DNA of 64,000 bases, taken from a virus. The notes under the pieces are model-generated. The model had not been told where the DNA came from and did no database searches. It was given only the letters and a program-made list of their open reading frames with translations. Positions 28,959-39,430 of this stretch are shown here, piece by piece (position 1 is the first letter of the stretch; each line of letters begins with the position of its first letter). The DNA lies in IMG/VR virus record IMGVR_UViG_3300012013_001209; one strand, written 5' to 3'. The position numbers and the translations under genes were made by a program.

Positions 28959-30095
28959 TTAGTTTGCGGGTTGGAATACAGAGTTGATCATCGCGATGGC
29001 TGCAGAGGCTTCCTTGGTCGCCTCTGCTTCAGGGTCGCCACCCATCGGAGGAGCGCCACCTTCAGGGCCGCCACCCATCGGAGGAGCGCCACCTTCAGGG
29101 CCGCCGCCACCCTGCTGCAGCGCCGCAGCGAGTTCTTGCAGCATTTTCTCGCCCTCTTCCTGCGGGATCTCCCCGGACTGCACCAGCATCATTATGAGCT
29201 GCGCCAGGTCCTCGGGAGACGGGGTCTGATCTCCACCTTCCGGATCTTCGGGTGCAGGGGCACCTTCAGGGCCTGCTGCTTCGGAATCGGCGTCGGCGTC
29301 GGCCGCACCACCCGCGTAAGCGTCCTTGATCCAGGGATGGTCAGGAAGCTGGGAACGGACCTTCTCGTGAACGGACGCCATCTTGATGATGCGCGCCTGC
29401 TCTTCCGGGGGCTGCGCGTCGAACGCGGCCTTGATGTCGTCGAGATATTGATTTGCGGACTCCTGCTGCGCCGAGGCTGCCTTTTCCATTTCGTCGGCGT
29501 ATTCCACTTCGGTCAGGAATGCTGCGTGACTGTCGAATGCGTTCTTCACGATCGCATTCGCCTCTTCCTGTGCGTGATTCTTGAGAAGGAATTGGCGGGC
29601 GAGTTCAGCGCCGCCTTCAATGGCGAAAATCGAGTGCGCCAGTTTCACAGCGAATGCCGGCGTGATTTCCACATTCGCGTCAGGGCTCGCCGCCGCAGTT
29701 TTCGCTGGTGCGCTCGTCGTAGCCGCGGTCGCCGGATTCGTGAGGTCTGCGAGCAGATTGCGGAAATTCGCTTGGACCGCCGCCAGCTTGTCGCCAGACT
29801 GCGGATGCTCCGAGGCTGACGGAATATCCTCGCCGAGACCTGTGGGGGTGGTGGTCTTGGTAATGACAGAACCCGCTTCCACTCCGCCGTACGCCCTTGG
29901 CTTGCCGTCCTTCGGCATTTGCATGCGGCCGCGGTCGTCGGCGTCACACGCAGGCTGTGCAGCGCCAGCCACGGTATTGGTGGCGTCCGCCCGATCTGCA
30001 TCGGGGGAAGTGACCGCGTGTCCGGCTGCTGCGGATTTGGCGGTGGCGGCTGCGGCGACTTTCTTGAAGAGTTGGTTACGATCGAGGACTTTCAT
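28959..30095 (-). CDS. Scaffold/core-like protein (378 aa)
   Basis: Acidic Ala-rich; KVAA, KSAA, KTAA, KAAS, KMAS, KEAS motifs; located between protease and capsid genes. Confidence 0.55.
   Translation of the reverse strand: MKVLDRNQLFKKVAAAATAKSAAAGHAVTSPDADRADATNTVAGAAQPACDADDRGRMQMPKDGKPRAYGGVEAGSVITKTTTPTGLGEDIPSASEHPQSGDKLAAVQANFRNLLADLTNPATAATTSAPAKTAAASPDANVEITPAFAVKLAHSIFAIEGGAELARQFLLKNHAQEEANAIVKNAFDSHAAFLTEVEYADEMEKAASAQQESANQYLDDIKAAFDAQPPEEQARIIKMASVHEKVRSQLPDHPWIKDAYAGGAADADADSEAAGPEGAPAPEDPEGGDQTPSPEDLAQLIMMLVQSGEIPQEEGEKMLQELAAALQQGGGGPEGGAPPMGGGPEGGAPPMGGDPEAEATKEASAAIAMINSVFQPAN
29037..29102. repeat. Two perfect 33-bp tandem copies (GPEGGAPPMGG)
   Basis: gccacccatcggaggagcgccaccttcagggcc x2. 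Confidence 0.9.
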
Positions 30096-30119
30096 GTGTG
30101 GTGATAGTTGAGTGTTGGG

Positions 30120-30148
30120 ATTGTGATTATTATTTCGACGGATGACAA
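30120..30148 (-). promoter_or_regulatory. Putative sigma70-like promoter upstream of the scaffold/capsid genes
   Basis: TTGTCA-N17-CACAAT in the intergenic gap. Confidence 0.45.
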
Positions 30149-30154
30149 GGAAAA

Positions 30155-31669
30155 TTATTGGTGAAACTGCGAGGACGCGAAAAGAACTTCCATGGGTTCC
30201 GTAATTGGAACTCCATAATCGGACATTGTTTGGAATGCTGCAAGCTTATACATTCCGTAAACTCCTGCCAGGAATTGAGCGCCCTCCTCATCAGGCCCGC
30301 GGAATTCGGAAACAACTTCGGGGTAATTGCCGCGCTCCGTCGAGCCCGATTTGATAATTGTGATGCGGATGACACGCGCCTTCACAGCCTCCGGATCTCC
30401 CGTGTATTTCTGCCCCAATTTCCCCATGAGTTTATTCACAGGATCAGTCACACCAGGATCAACCGAAATGGTCCCGGCCGAGTCGCCCGAGAATACCTGC
30501 GGGTCCATCGCCTGACACGCACAGCCATTCTTCACCAGTTGGCGGAACAGCTGCGGGAGTATTTTCTCCGCCGCGAATTTTACGCACGGATCTGAATTGA
30601 GATCCTTCATCGTCCGCCCGGTGGCGTAAGACAGGAAACTGCGGAAAGGAAGAATGCTCGCAGACTTGGCCATCTTGCCGAAGAACGTCGGAGGCCTGAC
30701 GTGACGGAGTTCGTGAATCTCCTCGTCCGTCAATTCATCCGCCCAATAAAGCGGCGCGATATTCCGGACGAATGCAACCTTCGCATTGTCGCTGGAACTG
30801 TCCACGTTGTCAGATATCCACTGCTCGTGGGCTGCCATCTTCTCCATCATCCGAGTCTGCCACGCGTTCAGTTTGAGATTGTGATGCTCATACTCATCCG
30901 CGCCATAAAACTTCGCCCAGTCGACACCAGTGATGACCGGGCGATTTGCGCTGGCTGCCTTTTTCATGTCCTCATCCGGGAAGGCGTATTCGATGTAGTG
31001 CGCCAGGCGGTCTGCCGGATACCCGACATCGGAAGCATCGAAGTAGGTGGGGTTCGGGTTGTCGACGTAGGCATACTTCTGAAACTCGGGAACCCACTGG
31101 TTCATTTTCTCCGCGGCGTGCTTGCAATAATATTGCGGGCTCGGGGACTTCTGGTTGCAGCAGGAGCACACGTCGAATTTCACACGCGCAGACATGGAAT
31201 TGCTGCGCGCCTCTCCCTTTTTGAGGGACTCGTAAATGTCGTTCGCCTTCTTGATGTTGCCCCAGACGATGAGTTCCACGCGGGCCATCGCCGGATTGTA
31301 GGCCGCATACTTCACGTCACCAATCGAGAGATCCCGACGTTTGTGATTGTGCTCACGATAATACGCACCCTCCGTCACGAACGTCGGGTGCCGCGTGAGG
31401 TTGGCCTGCTTGGACCAGTAATCCCCATTGCGGTTTGCCCCATACGCTTCGCCGTCACCCATGATGATCATGTGCTGCGCGAAATATCCTTTTGGCGGTT
31501 TGAACTCGGAAATGATCTGACGTGTGATCACGTCGGACGACGCCGACTTCACGCGGGAGTCTACATCGAGAAGGAAATTCATGTGGCCGCCACACGCCTT
31601 GAACAGCGCTTCCTGATCGTCCTGCGCGTGACATTTGACCATCCAATCTTGTTCGGTGAGCAGGTTCAT
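30155..31669 (-). CDS. Prohead (capsid maturation) protease with Zn-finger-like segment (504 aa)
   Basis: ANRNGDYW, YREHNH (candidate catalytic His), GDV...AYN, SNSMSA (candidate Ser), followed by DVCSCC...YCKH; located upstream of scaffold/capsid genes. Confidence 0.7.
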   Translation of the reverse strand: MNLLTEQDWMVKCHAQDDQEALFKACGGHMNFLLDVDSRVKSASSDVITRQIISEFKPPKGYFAQHMIIMGDGEAYGANRNGDYWSKQANLTRHPTFVTEGAYYREHNHKRRDLSIGDVKYAAYNPAMARVELIVWGNIKKANDIYESLKKGEARSNSMSARVKFDVCSCCNQKSPSPQYYCKHAAEKMNQWVPEFQKYAYVDNPNPTYFDASDVGYPADRLAHYIEYAFPDEDMKKAASANRPVITGVDWAKFYGADEYEHHNLKLNAWQTRMMEKMAAHEQWISDNVDSSSDNAKVAFVRNIAPLYWADELTDEEIHELRHVRPPTFFGKMAKSASILPFRSFLSYATGRTMKDLNSDPCVKFAAEKILPQLFRQLVKNGCACQAMDPQVFSGDSAGTISVDPGVTDPVNKLMGKLGQKYTGDPEAVKARVIRITIIKSGSTERGNYPEVVSEFRGPDEEGAQFLAGVYGMYKLAAFQTMSDYGVPITEPMEVLFASSQFHQ

Positions 31670-32007
31670 TTTTCGAGTTCTTGTGTGGGGGCTTGCGCGG
31701 TCGGCGAGGAATCCGCCTGGAGATAATCCTCACTCAGGATCACAGCGTCCTCCGCAGATGCACGCTTGAACCAGATGCCGTTTACGCGCATTCCTGCCAC
31801 GGGCGCGGCAAATAATTGATCCATGTCGAACGGGAGATTCGACAGATCGACAGACATCATCGGCGGGCCGACCTCGTATTTCATGTCAGGGACTCCGATC
31901 CCAAACGTGTCCACGGCGGAGTCGGCTGGAATACCGTCAGACAGCGCTTGCGGTCCAATTGGAATTACTTTGCGGCAGACCCGGATTTTGACGTCGTCGG
32001 TGTTCAT
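31666..32007 (-). CDS. Hypothetical protein (113 aa, KRAS motif)
   Basis: Coupled ORF in the head module. Confidence 0.6.
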   Translation of the reverse strand: MNTDDVKIRVCRKVIPIGPQALSDGIPADSAVDTFGIGVPDMKYEVGPPMMSVDLSNLPFDMDQLFAAPVAGMRVNGIWFKRASAEDAVILSEDYLQADSSPTAQAPTQELEK

Positions 32008-33056
32008 GATTCAAAAGGGTGGACTCCCAAAATGTTCATGATCCCGTCCCCAATTTCCGGGATGAAATATCCAGCCGCCGCACCGCCGCCGAGGCGCGCG
32101 AGTGATCCGCCCATGCGCAGCTTATTGTTATTGAAACGATTCAGATGCCGTTTCCCGAACAGACCGGCACGCTCTTTCCAACCCTTGCCATAATTGTAAC
32201 CGGCGTTGTTAAGTTCCTCAAGTATTCCTTCAGCTGTCCCGGCACCGGCATTGGCATCCGTGATGAATTCTCGCGCGTTCGGTGTGGTGGACCGCCCCAT
32301 AAATTCAGTCAGGGAGTGTCTGGCCGCGTCAGCGTCGAACGCCTTATTGACCGGCTGCTTCATCGTGTCCTTAAATTTCTGGAAGATGTCTTGATGTTTA
32401 CTTCCTGCTGCAGCAGCTGCTGCTCTTGCTGCAGCATGCTCCTCAGCCAATATGGGAGTAATAGAAGGTGCTGCAGGCACCGGCGCAGCTTTTGCTTTAC
32501 TCAGTAAATTGTGGAGACTTTCCAAAGAAGCATCTGCAGGACTTTTACCGCCAGCGCCAAGGCCATACCGATGCCCCGCGCCCGCACCGACCAGCGCCCC
32601 AATCCCGCGCACCACCGGTGAGTGAGTCGCATGCGTGATTGGATCCACATCACCCTTCGGCAATGCCGTCGCAATCTGATCGGAACCGTAGCCAAGGGCT
32701 GCAGTCGCTCCCGCACCAAGGCCGCCGGCCAACGCTGCATTCCCGAGCACCCGCAGGGTCTTGCGACCGAGACCCTCGCCTTGCTTCCTGGGAGCCAGCG
32801 CTGCCATGCCGCCGCCGAGAAGAGCTGACCCTAGACCGACCTGCACCGCGCGATTGTGTTGCACGGCATTCATGACTTTATCCAGGACGGACGGGCCAGC
32901 CTCGGCTGAGGCATATTTTACGAGCAGGGCAATGCGACGGGCCTTCGGAGAAATGCCAGAGAGATCCTCGGCGGACTTGCAATTCGCCAGGCTCTGCGGA
33001 TTGCGTGCGGCTGAAGTCGCAATGATTGCGTTGAGGAGTTTTTGCAGATCGGCCAT
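32004..33056 (-). CDS. Glycine-zipper putative internal/ejection protein (350 aa)
   Basis: KSA and KYAS near the N-terminus; several hydrophobic GxxxG helices. Confidence 0.6.
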   Translation of the reverse strand: MADLQKLLNAIIATSAARNPQSLANCKSAEDLSGISPKARRIALLVKYASAEAGPSVLDKVMNAVQHNRAVQVGLGSALLGGGMAALAPRKQGEGLGRKTLRVLGNAALAGGLGAGATAALGYGSDQIATALPKGDVDPITHATHSPVVRGIGALVGAGAGHRYGLGAGGKSPADASLESLHNLLSKAKAAPVPAAPSITPILAEEHAAARAAAAAAGSKHQDIFQKFKDTMKQPVNKAFDADAARHSLTEFMGRSTTPNAREFITDANAGAGTAEGILEELNNAGYNYGKGWKERAGLFGKRHLNRFNNNKLRMGGSLARLGGGAAAGYFIPEIGDGIMNILGVHPFES

Positions 33057-33058
33057 AA

Positions 33059-33811
33059 TTATTCGCGCGTAGTGGTCCAGCGACCGCGTCCAGTTGTGGA
33101 GATCGCTAATTTTTCGTCTACACCAACCTGAATTGCGTCTTCAATTGCCTGACGCCAGAACTCCGCCTGAGGTTGCGTGTCGGTGTCAGAAGTACCGGCC
33201 CGCACGAAGATCTGCTTGTAGGGGAATTGCGATGGAAAGCGCAATTGATTGCTGGGCAGGACCAACGGGGTGATGGTGGAATCGGTACCGCCATTGAGAT
33301 GCCCGTTGACATTGCTCCAGGCCAGCCCGGAACTGCTCTCCGTCGCGACAACTGAATTGCCGGCAGTGCCTGGCGTAATTGCAGTCACGGTGAGCGCTGG
33401 GTTCACGCCGCCGGTATTCAACGCAGACGTCACACTCTCGTTCACGGTCGTGCCGGCTCCGTAGGTGGTGCCGATGCCAAGGCCACCGGTGAGGGCGGCG
33501 AAAAGATTGTTGGAGGAGATCAATTTTGTCGCCCCCACCAGCACCTGGTCGGCGCCTGAAGTGAGGGCTGCCACGAAATTGTAGGTGCGACCTCCGATCA
33601 CAGTTGAATCGCCCGCGGTGACATTGTTCGTGAAGTTCAGCACGTTGGCCGCGTAGGTTGCGCCGAACAGCCCGCCGAGTTCGATGATGGGCTCACCGAA
33701 CGCGGCGAAGGCCCGCCGTTCGGCTTCGGACAAGGCGTCCTCCTGAGCATCCAGGCCAAGAGTCACGTGATAAGCGAATCCGATAATATCGGTGCGTGAG
33801 GAGATGATCAT
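33059..33811 (-). CDS. Virion protein with an inserted Thr/Gly-rich beta domain (250 aa)
   Basis: Central NVTAGDSTVIGGRTYNFVAAL...LTVTAITPGTAGNSV...LNGGTD segment flanked by unrelated ends. Confidence 0.6.
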   Translation of the reverse strand: MIISSRTDIIGFAYHVTLGLDAQEDALSEAERRAFAAFGEPIIELGGLFGATYAANVLNFTNNVTAGDSTVIGGRTYNFVAALTSGADQVLVGATKLISSNNLFAALTGGLGIGTTYGAGTTVNESVTSALNTGGVNPALTVTAITPGTAGNSVVATESSSGLAWSNVNGHLNGGTDSTITPLVLPSNQLRFPSQFPYKQIFVRAGTSDTDTQPQAEFWRQAIEDAIQVGVDEKLAISTTGRGRWTTTRE

Positions 33812-35304
33812 GTCTGGTAAAGTGCTTCGCGGTTTTCGCGCACGAATGTCTCAGCCTGGGCCTTGTTCTTGTGGATCTCGGCCAGGGTCTTCGAGGTTTG
33901 CGCAGGAATGCCACCGTAAGTGAGAGCTTCGCGCAGTGCGAAACGAAGTCGGTTTGGATCGTGCCCGATGGTGGGATCGGACTGCTGCAAATCATTGAAC
34001 AGTCCGACCAGCTTCTCCGGCTCGGCCTCAGACAGAATCGGGTCGGTGAGCATCATGCGTTGCAAATTCGTCACCTTTTGCACGTCGTGCACGCCCTGGT
34101 CGATTTTCCGCTGCCGGACGCCCGGAGACAAATGATTACCGAGCAGACTCTTCAACAGGCCCGGCTCACGCGGACCTGTCATGTGGTCCACGACTTCTGC
34201 AGGGCCTGGCACCTTTGCCGCCAGGTTGCCGATCGCTGTGCCGATCGCGGCAATCACGTCGGTTTTATTCTCCGGCTTCTTCCCTTTTCCTCCTGCGCCA
34301 GCGCCGCCCAGATATTCCACAGAGGCATCACCTTTTGCAGGGGCCTTCGGCTTGCCGCCGGGCTGCCCTCCGGCTCGCGGCGCTGTGGGCTGAGCTTCCT
34401 GCCGCGCACCCGGACCGGTCATTTTCTGCTCAGTGTTTTTTTTTCCATCAGAATCACGCGTGCTCGGCGTGTCCTGATCGACAGGCATGTTCGGCATGGC
34501 GGACTTCAACATTTCCTGACAGGTGTCGAGCATGTGCAGGCAGTCCGCAGCCTGTTCAACATCCGTATTCATGCCAGTGCGGTCCTCCACGAGAAACCTT
34601 GGGGCCGCTGCGTATTTCGCAATCACCTGATCCAAATCACGGGTGAATTGCTTGGTGGCGTCGTAGCCGGAGATTTGTTTCCGCACGTGCGCCATTACCC
34701 GAGGCACAGTGGCCGAGGCTGATTTGCTGAGATCGCAGAACAGTGCTGGAATCAATTCCGGATTGTCCATCAGCCGATCCTTGATGATGGACGCCTTCTT
34801 TGCGAAGTCCTCCACCAGGTCGTCCCGGATTCCGCGCAGGGTGTCGAAATTCAGAGTCTCCACGTAACGGTCATTCACCGCATGACCATTGCGCTCACCG
34901 AGGGTGGATTCGCGGGGATTCTCAGGGGCGTCCGAAAATGCCATCTTCACCGCGGGAGCCTCGTCCCGGAAGAAATTGGGGACATTCGCGCGCACCTTGA
35001 TTGCGCTGGCAGGAGTCGCGGCCGATGCGACTTTCACGGTGGCCGTCTTCGCTGCCGGCGTGGTGTAATCTTCCTTCAGCTTCTCGGTGTCGATCAATGG
35101 GACGGTGGCGCCGCGCGCGTTGGGATTATTCTCCATCCACGAGAGGGAGCGGCACGTATTCAGGGTCCAAGCCATTTTCACGAGCTGAGCAGGCGCGAGG
35201 TTGTGTTCGCGCGCATACTCGAGCAGGATGGGTTCAGCCTTGCCCGCGGATTTGATTCGCGGCAGCAGATTCTGAATTGTGGTGAGAACTTGGGCCGGTG
35301 ACAT
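33808..35304 (-). CDS. Putative head core protein with many K-x-A motifs (498 aa)
   Basis: KSAG, KTAT, KVAS, KKAS, KSAS, KYAA, KSAM. Confidence 0.65.
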   Translation of the reverse strand: MSPAQVLTTIQNLLPRIKSAGKAEPILLEYAREHNLAPAQLVKMAWTLNTCRSLSWMENNPNARGATVPLIDTEKLKEDYTTPAAKTATVKVASAATPASAIKVRANVPNFFRDEAPAVKMAFSDAPENPRESTLGERNGHAVNDRYVETLNFDTLRGIRDDLVEDFAKKASIIKDRLMDNPELIPALFCDLSKSASATVPRVMAHVRKQISGYDATKQFTRDLDQVIAKYAAAPRFLVEDRTGMNTDVEQAADCLHMLDTCQEMLKSAMPNMPVDQDTPSTRDSDGKKNTEQKMTGPGARQEAQPTAPRAGGQPGGKPKAPAKGDASVEYLGGAGAGGKGKKPENKTDVIAAIGTAIGNLAAKVPGPAEVVDHMTGPREPGLLKSLLGNHLSPGVRQRKIDQGVHDVQKVTNLQRMMLTDPILSEAEPEKLVGLFNDLQQSDPTIGHDPNRLRFALREALTYGGIPAQTSKTLAEIHKNKAQAETFVRENREALYQT

Positions 35305-35310
35305 GTTCGT

Positions 35311-35339
35311 AGAATATCGAAGCGGATCGGAAATGACAA
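35311..35339 (-). promoter_or_regulatory. Putative sigma70-like promoter
   Basis: TTGTCA-N17-TATTCT in the intergenic gap upstream of 35304. Confidence 0.55.
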
Positions 35340-35347
35340 CTGTGGAA

Positions 35348-36283
35348 TCAGGCAGCTTGGGTGACCGTCGCGTCCACGGGGATCGTCTTCATATAAGCCT
35401 GCCGCCTGGTCAGAGTCATCGAGCGGTGACGATGAATATCCGCCAGAATCGCCCGGCCAGGATTCTTGTCGAAGAACGGAGACTCCGTGGAATCCACACC
35501 CGAGGCCTTGGCCGCCTGCAAAATCTGCCGCGCCTGATAAACCCCGACGCTCGTCGCCGGCCCCTGATTCATCCAACCATTCCGAGCCTGTACCAATCCG
35601 TTCGCCATGAACAAAGCTTCGAGGCGGGCCGGCGTATCCTTGTTGTCGTATTTCGCGAGGGCGTCAGACGGAAATCCCGCCAGGTAGAGCATGTCGTAGG
35701 CGCCGTTGTTGTATCCCGCGCGCATCAGCAAATTGTCGAACGTCTCGTTGTAAACGTAGCGGTCGTAATATTCGACGATGCGACCTTTCGGATAAACGAT
35801 CGACGAAATGAAAAGGTGATCGGATTTCCGGTCCAGCACATTGAAGAAAAGTGTCTCGTATGCCGACACCACTTCCTCGGGGAGCTTCATGTCCTCGGCC
35901 ACCGACTTGACCGTCGCATTTGGCGCCACCAGCAACGCATCGATGATCGCCTTCTCCTTCGCCATTATGGGATGGATAAATTGTTTGGCCCACAGGAACG
36001 TCCGATCCCGAAACCTGTGGTGATCACGGTTGAAACAGAAAGCCTTCCAAATAATGGCATCATCTTTCCGTAGGGATATTCCCAGCGAACGCTCATTGAA
36101 TGCCATAGTCTGCGCGAACCGCCACCCGAATTGCAGATCCTTGTAAGCAGTGAGAAACCGAGTGGTCTGATAATCATCCTGCCCCGCACTGACACTGCGT
36201 TCCATCCGGTAATTGTTCACGAAACGATCCTCCTCGGGAGGAGGCATCACGTTGCACATTTGCTGGATACGCGAGGAATTCAT
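35348..36283 (-). CDS. Hypothetical protein with possible HTH (311 aa)
   Basis: NATVKSVAEDMKLPEEVVSAYETL resembles a helix-turn-helix; long ORF with natural composition. Confidence 0.65.
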   Translation of the reverse strand: MNSSRIQQMCNVMPPPEEDRFVNNYRMERSVSAGQDDYQTTRFLTAYKDLQFGWRFAQTMAFNERSLGISLRKDDAIIWKAFCFNRDHHRFRDRTFLWAKQFIHPIMAKEKAIIDALLVAPNATVKSVAEDMKLPEEVVSAYETLFFNVLDRKSDHLFISSIVYPKGRIVEYYDRYVYNETFDNLLMRAGYNNGAYDMLYLAGFPSDALAKYDNKDTPARLEALFMANGLVQARNGWMNQGPATSVGVYQARQILQAAKASGVDSTESPFFDKNPGRAILADIHRHRSMTLTRRQAYMKTIPVDATVTQAA

Positions 36284-37026
36284 TTGTCCAAGGCGCCGTA
36301 GATATCCCCGCCCGGCAACGCTGAACGAATCGGATGCTGAGCCAACGTCCGGATCGCGCGCGCCTGTGATTCACCCGAAGTATTTTTGTGAATCGCCGAA
36401 TTCACCGCACCACCAATTCCACCTGCTACCGCGCCGCCAGCCGCCGAAGCCAATCCTCCGGTCGCCGCGCCCGCAAGAGCCCGCATCAGACGGCTCTCCC
36501 CAGGCTGAGCAGTAGCTGCGGAAGCGAGGCCGCCGAGGCCTGCGCCCAGGAGTCCCGCAGGCAATGCGAGTTTCCCTGCGCTGTGCAAAGCATTCCGCCC
36601 AATCGAACGCTCCTCCAGACCTTCATGCGTGTCGAGCAAACTGCCTTCGCGTCCTTTTTCCGTCAGACCTTGAGAGGCGACCGACTGTGCAGCTTCGTGA
36701 GTTCCGAGGAGTTTGCTGAGCAGCAACCCTGTGAGAGCCCCGCCACCGCCGGCGAGGATTTTGTCCCTGAGATCACCTCCCGTCAAATGCGCAGCGCCCG
36801 CGCCCAAGCCAGCTCCAGCCAGCATTGGCAGACCGGCGCCAGCCATTCTTCCGACCATGGAACGAATCGGGTGATCGATGGCTGCTTGCGAGCGTAGTGC
36901 CTTCGCGTTCAGCCAGCGGCCGGCCGCATTGGAATTGGAGGGTCGCTCCTTTTCACGCTTCTCCGCCGATTTGATCATACCGTCGGCGTAAATGATATGG
37001 AACGCGAGCGCGGTGTTTGTGTGCAT
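36280..37026 (-). CDS. Leader-bearing glycine-zipper cargo protein
   Basis: MHTNTALAFHIIYADGMIKSA leader; multiple GxxxG hydrophobic helices. Start set at ATG 37026. Confidence 0.7.
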   Translation of the reverse strand: MHTNTALAFHIIYADGMIKSAEKREKERPSNSNAAGRWLNAKALRSQAAIDHPIRSMVGRMAGAGLPMLAGAGLGAGAAHLTGGDLRDKILAGGGGALTGLLLSKLLGTHEAAQSVASQGLTEKGREGSLLDTHEGLEERSIGRNALHSAGKLALPAGLLGAGLGGLASAATAQPGESRLMRALAGAATGGLASAAGGAVAGGIGGAVNSAIHKNTSGESQARAIRTLAQHPIRSALPGGDIYGALDK

Positions 37027-37030
37027 GGAA

Positions 37031-39412
37031 TTATTTCCCAAGCGCAGGCGAGCCGTTGCGACTCGACGCGGTCTCGGTCGTATTGCGCTGACGCATCTCC
37101 AGGATCTGGTCGCCCAGAGCCTTGAAGCAGGAAATCAATCCCTGCTCCTTGTCCGCCATGTCGTCCACGCCGAACGCTTTTTCCATGTCTTTCGGCTTCC
37201 AGTAGAACAGGAAGAGCGTACGCCCAAGACGATCCAGGCAGGCCTCGAATGCCGGCTCATATTTGTCGAGCATGGCGGCAGCGTCGAACGTCTTCACCAA
37301 ACTGCTGAGCACACCGTGTTCAAAGGCGAACGGGGTGTCCTTCTGTTTCTGCATCCGCTGAATATCCTCAGGAGATGCGTGCATCAGCGTTTCCTGATCG
37401 AGATTCTTCGCGTTTGCGATCTCTGACCGCGGCCCCTGAGTATGCCCGCCGCGACCGCCCGCGGGATCCCAGACCTCATTGAGCGGGATGTCGCGAATTG
37501 GCGGCTGCGAAGTGATCGTGTCGAGTCTGAAGCTCTGCGGGAATTCCAACTCGGTACCGAGCGTGGCGTCGTAATTCGTCCGGAATTGCGGATGACTGGA
37601 GATTGTCGTCACACCGTAGGCGGATTTCTCCATCACGAAATCGACCCGCTTCTTTTCCAGCATGCCATCCACCAATTCCATCACCGTTTCTCCGGGGATG
37701 CGGTAGGCATGGGCGAGACAGGCAGCGGCCGATTTTACCGTCTCGAACGTCAGCAGATCCGTGTGCGCGAATTTGATCTCGAATTTGTCGTCCTCACGCT
37801 TCGCCAAATACCCGCTCTGGAAATTCCCGCGGGCCAACTCAGCTGTGAGGGCGGAAGTAGGCATGATCGCCGGAACATCCACCAAACGCATTTTCGGCAC
37901 CGTCACCACCTTGCCAGCAGTGTGACAAAGATTGGAGACATCGGGTTCGTTGTCCCGTTTCGTCTCTTCCTCCGTGTCGAGCTTGATGAAGAGGACGTCT
38001 TCATTGAGGATGCCAGTCTCCCAATCCGTGCGCGGGGCGTCTGGATTGAGCATGATCGACAGACCGCGCCACGGCTGCACGCCATCCTGCGAAATCGGGA
38101 CGATGATGGCGTTCTTCACGCCGCCAGTGCTCGAGGAGATTTCCGCGAAATAATATGCGCGACGTGACGCCATCCCAGTACGCTTGTCGAAAATGAGATA
38201 CGCCTCGCCTTCCTTCGGGGACTTCTTGCCCTTCGGCTCCATCACGTCCGACAATTCCTGTCCCGTCACGCGTCCCATAATGGAACGCCGCTTGCCGTAA
38301 TCAGCTGGAGCTAGGAATGTGTTGCCGGGTTTCAGGAAAAGAATGCCCATGCTGTCCTCGGACTGCGTTGCTCCCGGAGGGCACGGATACGGACTGGACG
38401 AGGACAGATCGCTGCCGGACAATTCCTGCGTGCGAACCATCACCGCCTCACCGCCGGATTCCCCGATGACGGGCAGATCGTAAACTCCAGGGGAATTGAC
38501 TTCCTCCCAATTACCGGCCGGCTCGTAAACTGTGGAGAGCCCTTTGACGTCGCGATTGTCCTCGATGGCAAATCCGTATTTGCACATGGCTGAGATGCCG
38601 TCCTTTTTCAGCGCGGCATTTTTCACACCTCCCACATGGATCACCAGCTCGGCGATCTCGGCCGAAGCGGATTTGACCACTGGGTCCGGCAGATCCGCGG
38701 GCATGATCATGTCGAGGTTTCCATCGATGCACTGCATCAGCATCTCAGCACAGACTGCGCTGGATTTGATGATGTCCGCGATGTAGCCGATGGCCGGGCG
38801 TCCGCCGTCCTCGACGATGAATTTCCGGATCATGTTCCCGGGGACGTAATTCGCGTATTTGTCCATGCTGGACATGTCCGCGATGATTTCGTCTATCATG
38901 TCCTGGCGAGCGGCATCGGGATTGATGGATTGGAATGCGAAGTTGGCGTTGGCGTATTTCGTCCCGCGACCTGGGATGATCAACGGTGCCAGATCCGTGC
39001 CGGTGGGCAGACGGTTCAGGCGAGAGCGGTCCTGACCCTCTCCCAATTTATGCTCGGCCTTCTTGGTGAGTTCCTTGACCCAGCCTTCGGTGAGCGGCAC
39101 GAACAATTGCGGGCCGACGCGGTAGAGCAATTCTTGACCCTTGATTTTGCCGTTCAGGAAGAAGATTGGCGCGTAGAGCAAGTCCTTGTTCACGCGGAAT
39201 GCGAAGATGCCGACGAGACGATTCTTCTCCTCGTTGCTGTAGATCATCTCGAACCCGAGGAAATGATCTTTGTCGAGGAGCTTGCCGGCCCGCTGAGCCA
39301 CGGCAGAATATGCCTGGCTCGCGAATTCTTTTTCGGTGCTGTCGTTGTCCAGCACCTCCTCGGCGGATTTGATCCAGTCGTAACTGGGCTTCTGCATCGT
39401 GGCTGTTTTCAT
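37031..39412 (-). CDS. Large putative head core protein with K-x-A motifs (793 aa)
   Basis: KTAT, KSAE, KYAN (x2), KSAS, KSAA, KSAY motifs spaced through the protein. Confidence 0.7.
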   Translation of the reverse strand: MKTATMQKPSYDWIKSAEEVLDNDSTEKEFASQAYSAVAQRAGKLLDKDHFLGFEMIYSNEEKNRLVGIFAFRVNKDLLYAPIFFLNGKIKGQELLYRVGPQLFVPLTEGWVKELTKKAEHKLGEGQDRSRLNRLPTGTDLAPLIIPGRGTKYANANFAFQSINPDAARQDMIDEIIADMSSMDKYANYVPGNMIRKFIVEDGGRPAIGYIADIIKSSAVCAEMLMQCIDGNLDMIMPADLPDPVVKSASAEIAELVIHVGGVKNAALKKDGISAMCKYGFAIEDNRDVKGLSTVYEPAGNWEEVNSPGVYDLPVIGESGGEAVMVRTQELSGSDLSSSSPYPCPPGATQSEDSMGILFLKPGNTFLAPADYGKRRSIMGRVTGQELSDVMEPKGKKSPKEGEAYLIFDKRTGMASRRAYYFAEISSSTGGVKNAIIVPISQDGVQPWRGLSIMLNPDAPRTDWETGILNEDVLFIKLDTEEETKRDNEPDVSNLCHTAGKVVTVPKMRLVDVPAIMPTSALTAELARGNFQSGYLAKREDDKFEIKFAHTDLLTFETVKSAAACLAHAYRIPGETVMELVDGMLEKKRVDFVMEKSAYGVTTISSHPQFRTNYDATLGTELEFPQSFRLDTITSQPPIRDIPLNEVWDPAGGRGGHTQGPRSEIANAKNLDQETLMHASPEDIQRMQKQKDTPFAFEHGVLSSLVKTFDAAAMLDKYEPAFEACLDRLGRTLFLFYWKPKDMEKAFGVDDMADKEQGLISCFKALGDQILEMRQRNTTETASSRNGSPALGK

Positions 39413-39430
39413 GTGTGGGATCGAACTGGT

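Noticed and set aside
35348-39412. Portal or terminase assignment for 35348..36283 or 37031..39412
   Set aside because: No Walker A/B, nuclease or portal motifs recognised; left as hypothetical.
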